Shown piece by piece: positions 1 to 7,726 of a stretch of DNA of 64,000 nt. Under the pieces are notes generated by a model. The model saw only the letters and a list, made by a program, of their open reading frames with translations. It did not search any database and had not been told where the DNA came from. How positions within the stretch are numbered: position 1 is the stretch's first letter; the number at the start of each line of letters is the position of its first letter. The translations under genes were made by a program, and so were the position numbers. Origin of the DNA: Planctomycetota bacterium (GTDB taxonomy: Bacteria > Planctomycetota > SZUA-567 > H5-PLA8); the NCBI GenBank assembly GCA_038227875.1, contig JBBRPR010000010.1, positions 1-64,000 on the forward strand. The letters are read 5' to 3'.

Positions 1-122
1 ACTGGACCAGCCCCACGCAATACGCCAAGGATTTCTTAAGCTGCCGCGCCCGCTCGCTCCCCCCGCCGCCCAACGGCGACAAGGACCGCCTTGGCGTCCG
101 CTGCTGCAAAGCCGTGAAGTAA
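1..122 (+). CDS. 3' end of a probable FGE-sulfatase (SUMF1/EgtB/PvdO) domain protein, truncated by the window edge
   Basis: Frame from nt 3 reads WTSPTQYAKDFLSCRARSLPPPPNGDKDRLGVRCCKAVK* (TAA 120-122). The G-x-R-C-C ending is typical of FGE-domain C-termini. Confidence 0.5.
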   Translation, partial: WTSPTQYAKDFLSCRARSLPPPPNGDKDRLGVRCCKAVK

Positions 123-124
123 CC

Positions 125-150
125 GTGGTCCGGGCGTCCCGCCCGGTCCG
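125..150. repeat. REP-like short palindrome
   Basis: GTGGTCCGGGCGTCCCGCCCGGTCC just after a stop codon, with a CCGGGCG/CGCCCGG stem. Confidence 0.45.
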
Positions 151-217
151 CGACGGACAGCGTAACTCTTGCAAGTGAGATGCAGACGTATTAAATGGCG
201 GCGATGCAAAAAATCTG

Positions 218-649
218 ATGGCCGATTCAATTATGATCAACCTGACCAATTGGAGTTTGTTAACCATTCTTGTCACAAGTATTTCGCTAGGCGGATTCAT
301 GGGATTGAATTTTGTCTCGATTACGCGCCCTACGAATCTTGATTATTTGAATCTAAAAACGTACGGCTGGCCTAAAGCGTATAAGTTTTCTCGCTTCGAA
401 TATTCAGGCAGCAAGAAGCCGGATTGCTTCGATCTGTCAGAAGACGGTACTCAACTTAATACAATGATAATTGGCATGGCCAATCTGAATGTGCCCATTC
501 AGCCAACAGACGATGAAGTTAAGACACTATTAGAGAGCATCAGACCTGTTAGGTCTATAGATTACTATAGCGTCGCATGGAACTTTTTTACCGCGCTGGG
601 AATATCCGTTGCACTCGGTATGGTCGTCGAATTTTTTATACGGCATTGA
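218..649 (+). CDS. hypothetical membrane protein (N- and C-terminal hydrophobic helices), AT-rich
   Basis: 143-aa ORF with two hydrophobic segments and a YGWP motif. Visibly lower GC than flanking genes. Confidence 0.55.
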   Translation: MADSIMINLTNWSLLTILVTSISLGGFMGLNFVSITRPTNLDYLNLKTYGWPKAYKFSRFEYSGSKKPDCFDLSEDGTQLNTMIIGMANLNVPIQPTDDEVKTLLESIRPVRSIDYYSVAWNFFTALGISVALGMVVEFFIRH

Positions 650-666
650 AAACCAAATGTGAGATT

Positions 667-759
667 GAACCCAGAGGGTTCGTAGACGGTAGCCGGTGGT
701 TGAGCGCAGCGACACCACCGGATAACGTTCCTTTATCGCCCCGCACCCCGGAGGGGTGC
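667..759. repeat. three-hairpin REP-like element
   Basis: GAACCC-AGA-GGGTTC (667-681), CCGGTGGT-13nt-ACCACCGG (693-721) and GCACCCC-GGA-GGGGTGC (743-759). Confidence 0.6.
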
Positions 760-788
760 TAGAATCGGTGCGCGATAAGAGAGTCGAT

Positions 789-1151
789 ATGGATAAGCAT
801 TTCAAACTCCTGCTGACCGACGAATACGGGCATATTTGCAACGGCGACGGGAGTTTTTATCGCACCGATTCTGGCGAGCCATGTAGGGAAATTCATTTCT
901 CGACTCTGGAGGCAGCGAAGCAGTTTTGTGAACAAGTAGTTCGCGAGCATCCACGTCTATTTTGTGAAATCTCCGATGACATTTGTGTAGTCTTTAGACA
1001 TAGCAATCCCGAATGGCATCGAACCGAAAATGAGCGCCATCAAAAGCTTTTTGCGGCTCGAAGGAGACGCGATCGAGTCATTATTACCGGAATAATCGTG
1101 GCCTTTGCATCGATCGTTTTGGGAACAATGGTTCTTTTATTAAAGCGGTAG
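789..1151 (+). CDS. hypothetical protein with C-terminal TM helix, AT-rich
   Basis: ORF from ATG 789 (MDKHFKLL...). An Arg run precedes a hydrophobic C-terminal anchor. Confidence 0.5.
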   Translation: MDKHFKLLLTDEYGHICNGDGSFYRTDSGEPCREIHFSTLEAAKQFCEQVVREHPRLFCEISDDICVVFRHSNPEWHRTENERHQKLFAARRRRDRVIITGIIVAFASIVLGTMVLLLKR

Positions 1152-1185
1152 TCGCTGCACCGATGGCTACCGTAGAATGTAGAAC

Positions 1186-1857
1186 ATGCGCCTGGGCCTC
1201 TTCTCCGACCTCCACGGCAACCACGAAACACTTGAGCCCACGCTCGCCGCGCTACGCGCGCGCAAGGCCGACCACCTGATCTGTCTCGGCGACGTGCTCG
1301 GCAAGAGCGGCGATAACCTGCGCTGCCTCGACTTGCTCTTCGCTGCCGACGTCAAAATCGTGCGCGGCAACCACGACAAGCATGGCATCCGCTCCCTCCC
1401 CGCGGCGTACCGCGACAAATTCAGCGAGCGCCTCCAGAACGTCCTCCGCATCGAAACCTTCCTCTTCGCCCACACGACCACCTGCGTCGATGCCATTTAC
1501 GGCCGAGGTCTCTGGAGCAGCGACCGCATCCATACTCCCGAACAGTCCGCCGCCCAATTCGCAGCCGACCCCTTCTGGATTTTCTGCTACGGCCACACTC
1601 ACGCCGCGGCGCTCTGGGACTACGACGGAAGCACCACGCCCAAACTGACACCCATCCAAGCCCCCGCGCAATACACACTCGATCCCCACCGCCGCTACCT
1701 GCTCAACCCCGGCCCCCTGACCGGTCGCAAAGACATCGACATCGAATCCCCCGGCCGCAAAACCGCCGTCCGCGGCACGCCATCGTTCGCATTCTTTGAC
1801 AGTGAAACAGGAATGCTGCAGGTTGAACTGGCGCTTGCAGCATCGCGAATTGGTTAG
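1186..1857 (+). CDS. metallophosphoesterase family protein (calcineurin-like)
   Basis: All five motifs present: SDLHGN, LGDVLG, RGNHD, FAH, GHTH. Confidence 0.9.
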   Translation: MRLGLFSDLHGNHETLEPTLAALRARKADHLICLGDVLGKSGDNLRCLDLLFAADVKIVRGNHDKHGIRSLPAAYRDKFSERLQNVLRIETFLFAHTTTCVDAIYGRGLWSSDRIHTPEQSAAQFAADPFWIFCYGHTHAAALWDYDGSTTPKLTPIQAPAQYTLDPHRRYLLNPGPLTGRKDIDIESPGRKTAVRGTPSFAFFDSETGMLQVELALAASRIG

Positions 1858-1949
1858 TGAACCACTTTGATATCCGGTCCAAAAATTTGCCGATCAATTA
1901 AACGCATGGTACATTGACTCAACTCTATAGGCATTTGCATGAGGTTATC

Positions 1950-2609
1950 GTGGCGGAATTGTACGGCGAATTTGAAACACATCTGACGGTTAACGCATCC
2001 AGTGCAGAGCAGGTAAGGGCGCTTTCGCTCTGGGCCGCTGATCGTGGCGTAAAATGTATTCACATCCTGCTGGATCGCGGTGCAACTCCGTCGCAGCCGA
2101 TGCTGACCTATCGAGATCGCGGCACGTTTGACGCTCAATTGGGCGCCGCTCATGCGTTGGCGAAGGAACTCGCAGACGCAGGTTTCGTCGTTGCGCGTTT
2201 TAAGCTCGAGATTGACGCCGACCACCCGGGCGCACCACAGTCAGAGCGGGATGCGCAGCGGTTAACCGCATCGCAGTATTTTGAACATCACGTGAAACTG
2301 CTACTGCACGCAAACTCCGATGGAGGTCAATTGCGCGAACTTGCCGAGCGTCACGCCGCACATCTGTCGCGCAACGCATTTCGAATACGAAACGATGGGT
2401 GCCAAGAACGATTCGTGACGCAGCGTTGCATCGCAGTGGGACGCGGCGAAGCGCAGCGTTGCCTGCGCGCCTTGCTGAGCGAACTTCGCGCGCATCACTA
2501 TGAAATTCTGGAAACAGAAGAAGAGTTTACAGTATTCGACAGCAACGAAAATGTGGACGCAGGTTGGATTATGGTGAAGGAGCAAACATGTCGTTCTGGA
2601 AAAAACTAA
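1950..2609 (+). CDS. hypothetical protein with two His motifs (FETHLTV, YFEHHVKL), overlapping the downstream nucleotidyltransferase gene
   Basis: Long ORF with a probable GTG start at 1950 after a GAGG SD (the ORF track starts at 1914). Its 3' end overlaps the next gene's start. Confidence 0.75.
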   Translation: MAELYGEFETHLTVNASSAEQVRALSLWAADRGVKCIHILLDRGATPSQPMLTYRDRGTFDAQLGAAHALAKELADAGFVVARFKLEIDADHPGAPQSERDAQRLTASQYFEHHVKLLLHANSDGGQLRELAERHAAHLSRNAFRIRNDGCQERFVTQRCIAVGRGEAQRCLRALLSELRAHHYEILETEEEFTVFDSNENVDAGWIMVKEQTCRSGKN

Positions 2610-3553
2610 TCGGCGAAAATGCGGAGCCGGATGCGCCAAAGCCACCCCCGCCATCGGGGTATCCTCAAACTTATCCCCCATTGGGATGGAATTCGCCATC
2701 ACGTCCGGAAGTATTCGAGCCGGCGTTGACGCATTACGGCCGAGCCTTCCGCTTGGGCGATCCCCAATTCGCCAGCGACGGCGCGCGAAAGGTATGGGAT
2801 GCCGCGCGCCTCCATGTCGCGCATCACCTCCTCGGCCTCGTCGTCGCGTCGCCATGGAACGAACATCTGGTCCTGCGCTGAAGCCTGCTGCTCAAGGCCT
2901 GGCTGAAAGAGGAAGCGCGCGAACCCGGCGATATTGATTGGGTATTTCGTCCGAAACAGATTGAGAAAAGCCACCCCGACGCCAAAAAGTTCTTCCGGGA
3001 TTTGATCACGGCCGTCCGTAACGATCCGGGCGGCGAAAATGCCCGCATCGTCCCCGACAAGATCGCGATGGATGACATCTGGACCTATGAACGCGCCTCC
3101 GGCCGCCGCATTGTCTTTCCGTGGCTTGTCGACGGCCAGCCCGGTGGCGAAATCCAGATGGATGTGGTCTTCTGCGAAGACCTTTACGAAGCACCCATTC
3201 AAACGCCCATCGCCGGTCCCGACGGCACGTCGCTTTCCGTCTGGGCCGCCGCGCCCGAAGTCTCCCTGGCGTGGAAGCTGCAATGGCTCATGACCGACCA
3301 GCATCCGCAGGGCAAGGATCTGTACGACGCCGTCCTGCTGGCCGAACGCACACGTCTGTCTCGTAGTCTGCTCTGTCGCATGCTCAGGGATACCGACTGG
3401 CGAATCGAAGAAAATCTGCAACCAGACTTTTCATCGAGACTGAATATCGATTGGGAGAATTTTCAAAAGGAATACCCATGGATTGACGGCACTGAGCAAG
3501 AGTGGAAAGACCGCCTGACCGCAGCTCTAGCGCCCACATTTGCGAAACAATGA
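2588..3553 (+). pseudogene. AbiEii/AbiGii-like nucleotidyltransferase interrupted by an in-frame TGA (2879-2881)
   Basis: ORFs 2564-2881 and 3002-3553 share a frame. Read-through gives HLVLR*SLLLKAWL...REPGDIDW...IQMDV...SLAWKLQWL...QGKDLYDAVLL, matching NTase motifs L-R-G-S, DxD and KDxYD. Confidence 0.8.
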
Positions 3554-3610
3554 ATCAATTCCACTTATCGCGAGGACTATTAAATCGCGCAATTTCACAA
3601 GGAGAATGCC

Positions 3611-3898
3611 ATGCCGCGAGTAAAAACTGACAAACCCAGTCCAACGCATATCAACATGGCCAGATCGTACGAAGACCCCGCGCAGGCCAAGCTGCAAATG
3701 CAGACTATGTTCGGCCCGCAGATGGTCGATCAACTCGTTCGTCAGGCCATATCGATGTGCTGGATGATGCTGCCTGATGACCGCAAGAAGCTCGACGCCG
3801 TTGAATCTGAAATGCAGAGGATCGTCACACGCGCCTTGCAGAATATGCGGGAGGATTGCAAGGCGTTCGGTATTCCTCCGGCGGAGAGTAAGGAATAA
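3611..3898 (+). CDS. small helical hypothetical protein
   Basis: 95-aa ORF with a strong AAGGAG SD and normal codon usage. Confidence 0.7.
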   Translation: MPRVKTDKPSPTHINMARSYEDPAQAKLQMQTMFGPQMVDQLVRQAISMCWMMLPDDRKKLDAVESEMQRIVTRALQNMREDCKAFGIPPAESKE

Positions 3899-3958
3899 CC
3901 AGACTCATAGCAGCGCATGTCGTGGCTAATTTCCAACCACTCCGTGGTTGATTTCCAC

Positions 3959-3990
3959 AATTCAAAATTAAGAACTAAAAATTAAAATTA
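3959..3990. repeat. degenerate 7-bp tandem repeat (AATTCAA family, about 4 units)
   Basis: AATTCAA AATTAAG AACTAAA AATTAAA. Confidence 0.7.
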
Positions 3991-4171
3991 CCTCTTGACT
4001 GCTCCCCCTCGAATCCGGTATATTCCCGTCACCTGCGGACGACCGTCCTTATCGCTGATACGCGGTCCGGCGCCCGCCAACTTTTCACCCACTCCTAAAC
4101 CTGAGCTTCACGATTTTCGCGCTGCTGCGCCCTCGTGGCTCCACACCGTGTGGGTAGAAAGTGTGTGCCCT

Positions 4172-4984
4172 ATGACGCTCGACACCATCCACGAAAAAGC
4201 CATCGACCTCCTCGTCGCCGGCAAAAAGCAGATCGAAGTCGCCCGCGAACTGGGCTTAAGCGACCGCACGCTCCGCCGCTGGAGCGAGCAGCCCGAGTTC
4301 ATCCGCGAACTGGACCACCAGTTCGAACTGCGCGGGAACCTCGAACGCGATGAGCGTTCCAAGTCCGGACGTCTGCGTCGCGGATTCCATACTCTGTCCG
4401 TCCAGCGACTGATGTCGTTGATTGAAGATCCCCACACGCCCAACGACGTCCGCATTCAGTGTCTGCGTATCGGTGTTCAGGATCAGCAGGCCGACGTTCG
4501 CCAGACCGCGAATCAGGATTTCCGCGACTTCGTCTATCAGGACCGTAAAAACGAACGCTTGGAGAAGGAGGCCCGCGACCACGAGGAACACCTCCAGCAG
4601 TTAAAGAGCATCAACGCCCTCAAAGCCGCCAGCAATTTCCTCACCCGCATCCAATCCCAGCACAATGAAGACGATGCCGGCGAAGAGGCCGCGCCGGATG
4701 AATCCGGACACGCCAGTGGCTCACACGTTCGGCCCGTCCCAAAACCGGACATAAAACCGGACAAAACCGGACATTCTCCTATGACGTTGAAGCCCAAGCC
4801 GAAGCCGAAGGCGCGGCCGTACCCAGACCTCACGACGATCACCCGCGCCGTCATTGGCGAATCCTTCGGAAAGTCACCGATGGACACTTTCGCGCAACGC
4901 CAAGCCCACATCCGCCAGCAGGTGAACGCCTTCCATTCACGGCGCTCCAGGCAAGTGGTGTCCAAACGGCTTGGAGAAAAGTAG
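4172..4984 (+). CDS. N-terminal HTH protein (terminase small subunit/phBC6A51-like HTH) with coiled coil and low-complexity tail
   Basis: ATG 4172. KAIDLLVAGKKQIEVARELGLSDRTLRRWSEQPEF is an HTH, followed by charged helices and PKP repeats. Confidence 0.7.
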   Translation: MTLDTIHEKAIDLLVAGKKQIEVARELGLSDRTLRRWSEQPEFIRELDHQFELRGNLERDERSKSGRLRRGFHTLSVQRLMSLIEDPHTPNDVRIQCLRIGVQDQQADVRQTANQDFRDFVYQDRKNERLEKEARDHEEHLQQLKSINALKAASNFLTRIQSQHNEDDAGEEAAPDESGHASGSHVRPVPKPDIKPDKTGHSPMTLKPKPKPKARPYPDLTTITRAVIGESFGKSPMDTFAQRQAHIRQQVNAFHSRRSRQVVSKRLGEK

Positions 4985-4989
4985 TACGC

Positions 4990-5017
4990 GGAGCCAAAAG
5001 CCAGGAGCCAGGAGTCC
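4990..5017. repeat. 7-bp tandem repeat (GGAGCCA family, 4 units)
   Basis: GGAGCCA AAAGCCA GGAGCCA GGAGTCC. Confidence 0.6.
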
Positions 5018-5060
5018 GTATTGTGTTGACCCACTTCCACGTCTGAAAGATAGTAGAATC

Positions 5061-7229
5061 ATGGAACTGTATTACTGCGACGCGTGCGGACTACGCATTT
5101 CGCCAGCGGAACTCAGCGGCCAGACCAGCGCCTCCGCCGATGGCAAATTCTGGTGCGCCAAATGCAAACCCTCGCCGGTTGCGGCCGCCGGCAAAAGTCC
5201 CGTGCGTGGGTCGCAGACACTCATTCCTGTACGCCAGCCGTCCAGTGCGCATGTCCCATCTGCACCGCCGCGCAAAAGCGGCCCGGCACACGCGGGGCCG
5301 GGGACGCCGAAGAACAACTGGATCCTGCCCGCCACCGGCGGCGCCGTGGCCATTCTGCTCGGCGCCATTGTCTTCGGCAGCTCCGGTGGGAGTACGACGC
5401 GCCCGCCCGCTGCAACGTCCGCGCCGGATTCCGAACGCGCGCCGCCACGCAACACGAGTTCAACGACGGTCTCGCCGCCGATTGCTTCCCCGACCGTGCA
5501 GCGGAACGAGCCCCCGCGCGACACCGCGCTCGCTCCACCCACCACCGATCCGCGCGAAGACGCGGCGCAGAAAGCGTTCGACAAACTCACCCATGAGCTG
5601 AAAGACAGCACCGCCACCGACCGCATCGCCGCGCTGGAGGTTTTCATCACGAAGTACGACGGTGCCATCGTCGCCTCCCGCGCCCGAACCCAGCTAACCG
5701 AATTGAAAGCCGCGCTGCCGGCGCCGCCGTCGACACCCGTCGCCGCGGTCGAACCTGAAAAGGCCGCGATTCCGCCAGCGAAAGTTGAAACGCAGCCGGC
5801 GACGCCGGTTATCGCTGCCACGTCGGGGCAGGGCGGGGAAGGAAAGCAAGCTCCTGCGGACAAGCCAACCGCCGAAGCCGATACGGCATCCCGTGCGGCC
5901 TACAGCGCATTTCTCGAACGCTTCTGGAACGCACTGTCCAAACGCGATCGCGTCGGTGCTGCCAGTTTCCTCAGCCAGGCCGGGAATGACGCTGCGCTGA
6001 AACAAAAATCGAGCGAGCTTGAGGAAGAGCGCAGCGTCTTAAAGCTCTACGACGACTTTCTGACCGCAGTTCCCAAGGGACTACTCAAGGTCAACGAGCT
6101 CGATTACTTCGAACTGCAGCGCGGAAAAACCGGCGTCATCAAACTCGGCAAGCGCGGCGAATTTCAAGTCGCCAGCGTTAAAGACGGTGCGATCAATCTC
6201 GGAGCCAACGGCGTCAGCATGGCCGTGCCGCTCGACGCGCTGTCGTTGTCGACCTGGATCAATCTGGCGGAAATCGACGGCAAAGGCGGCCCGCCGCGCG
6301 GCGATCAGGCGCTGTTCTTCAAGCTTTTGTCTGCGGCGCCCGACAGCATCGATGCGTCAAAACTCCGTTCGCAGATCGCGGCCCTGGACGCGAAGACCTC
6401 TCCCGCGCTGCTCGGCGCGTTTTCACGTCGGGTCAATGCGCTCGAGGAATCCGCCGCCGCCGTCGCCTTCACGAAACTCGAGAAGACCGCCGAAGCTCAC
6501 GACCGTGCGGCGCTGGCGGCGGTACTTGCGGCGTTCAAACGCAGTTACGGCGCGACGGATATTGCGGTGCAGAAAGTGGCCGCATTGAAAGTGTTTGAAT
6601 TGAACAGTGGACCCATTCTCGTGGTTGACGGCCTGGTGTGCTACTTTCCCCTCGACGAAAACGCCGGTAAGAGTTCGAAAAATGCCATCAATGGTGCACC
6701 CGATCTCCAGATTGCGAACTGTAATTGGGTGCCGGGAAAATTTGGGAGTGGATTGAGCTTTGACGGTGCGGCATCTTCGGCAACCTTCAACAGCATCGCC
6801 GTCAAGTTCAGCGCCATCACGCTGAGCATCTGGGTCAAACACCGTCAACCGCCCACGGATCGTTACGACCGCTATCTATGGCTCAGCGGCGACGGCGCGA
6901 TTATTCGGCGCGAAAGGCAGGGGAAGCTTCAAATCGTGTTCCGGATCAACGGTGCGCTCGAATCCATTGATGGAGATCCGATCGACAACACCCGCTGGCA
7001 TCACGTTGCTGCCACGTTTGATGGTCAGGACGTGAAACTGTACCACGACGGCACGTTGGTGGTCTCTGTGCCCAAGCCCGGTGCCTTAAGCGTCAATACC
7101 GATGGTACGTTGTCCTGTCCGACGGAAGAGTTCATGGCCGGCACACTCGACGACGCTCGGATCTACAACCGCGCGCTGAACGCCGCGGAAATCAAGCAAC
7201 TGGCCGATCAGAAAAACGCCAGGGAATAA
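5061..7229 (+). CDS. membrane-anchored protein: N-terminal Zn ribbon, Pro-rich linker, TM helix, helical region, C-terminal LamG/ConA-like domain
   Basis: ATG 5061. CDAC...CAKC, then TM (ILPATGGAVAILLGAIVFG). LamG motifs GLVCYFPLDE, WHHVAATFDG, LDDARIYNRAL. Confidence 0.85.
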   Translation: MELYYCDACGLRISPAELSGQTSASADGKFWCAKCKPSPVAAAGKSPVRGSQTLIPVRQPSSAHVPSAPPRKSGPAHAGPGTPKNNWILPATGGAVAILLGAIVFGSSGGSTTRPPAATSAPDSERAPPRNTSSTTVSPPIASPTVQRNEPPRDTALAPPTTDPREDAAQKAFDKLTHELKDSTATDRIAALEVFITKYDGAIVASRARTQLTELKAALPAPPSTPVAAVEPEKAAIPPAKVETQPATPVIAATSGQGGEGKQAPADKPTAEADTASRAAYSAFLERFWNALSKRDRVGAASFLSQAGNDAALKQKSSELEEERSVLKLYDDFLTAVPKGLLKVNELDYFELQRGKTGVIKLGKRGEFQVASVKDGAINLGANGVSMAVPLDALSLSTWINLAEIDGKGGPPRGDQALFFKLLSAAPDSIDASKLRSQIAALDAKTSPALLGAFSRRVNALEESAAAVAFTKLEKTAEAHDRAALAAVLAAFKRSYGATDIAVQKVAALKVFELNSGPILVVDGLVCYFPLDENAGKSSKNAINGAPDLQIANCNWVPGKFGSGLSFDGAASSATFNSIAVKFSAITLSIWVKHRQPPTDRYDRYLWLSGDGAIIRRERQGKLQIVFRINGALESIDGDPIDNTRWHHVAATFDGQDVKLYHDGTLVVSVPKPGALSVNTDGTLSCPTEEFMAGTLDDARIYNRALNAAEIKQLADQKNARE

Positions 7230-7236
7230 CGCGGCG

Positions 7237-7536
7237 TCAAACCACCAGATCCGCGCAAGTCCGCAGCGCCGCGGTGACGATCACCGTGCGCGTGGTTTTG
7301 TTGCGCGTGCGGGCGTCGGGCAGTTCGAGTGACTCGCCGACCGCGTAATGTTTTTGCTCGCGCTGTTCGGCCATCTTGATCTGGATCGCCGTCTCCCACT
7401 GCTCATCGGATTGTGATAGCGCCAGATCGATCTCCCGCGCCTGCTCCGCGCCCGCCGGTCCCAGCAGCCGCGCCGCTTCGGAAAGTGACCGCAGACTCTG
7501 CTTGAACTCTTTCAGCGCGCGTTTGGCGTCGGGCAT
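7237..7536 (-). CDS. small hypothetical protein
   Basis: 99-aa helical ORF with a GAGGA SD, filling the gap between genes. Confidence 0.5.
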   Translation of the reverse strand: MPDAKRALKEFKQSLRSLSEAARLLGPAGAEQAREIDLALSQSDEQWETAIQIKMAEQREQKHYAVGESLELPDARTRNKTTRTVIVTAALRTCADLVV

Positions 7537-7726
7537 AAGCTATTCCTCGGAGTTGTGGCTCACGATTTTCGCTGATGGAGATCACGAAATCATCCAAAAT
7601 TCGCCGGTTAATTACGGAGCACGGAACGTGGGATTACATTTTCGTCACATGTTCGATAATGCCCTGAAGAACCCCCTATAACCCTACGTCGAATTCCCGA
7701 TTCAATAGTGTAAGCTGGAGCAGATT

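Noticed and set aside
2879..2930. TGA as selenocysteine or as code-25 Gly
   Set aside because: The aligned residue is Gly, not Cys, and no convincing SECIS follows. TGA ends many ordinary genes here (e.g. GH127, creatininase, DegT).
3995..4984. Prophage suggested by the terminase-like HTH (and the ParB remnant at 49842)
   Set aside because: No integrase, large terminase, capsid or tail genes. The two genes are isolated and 45 kb apart.
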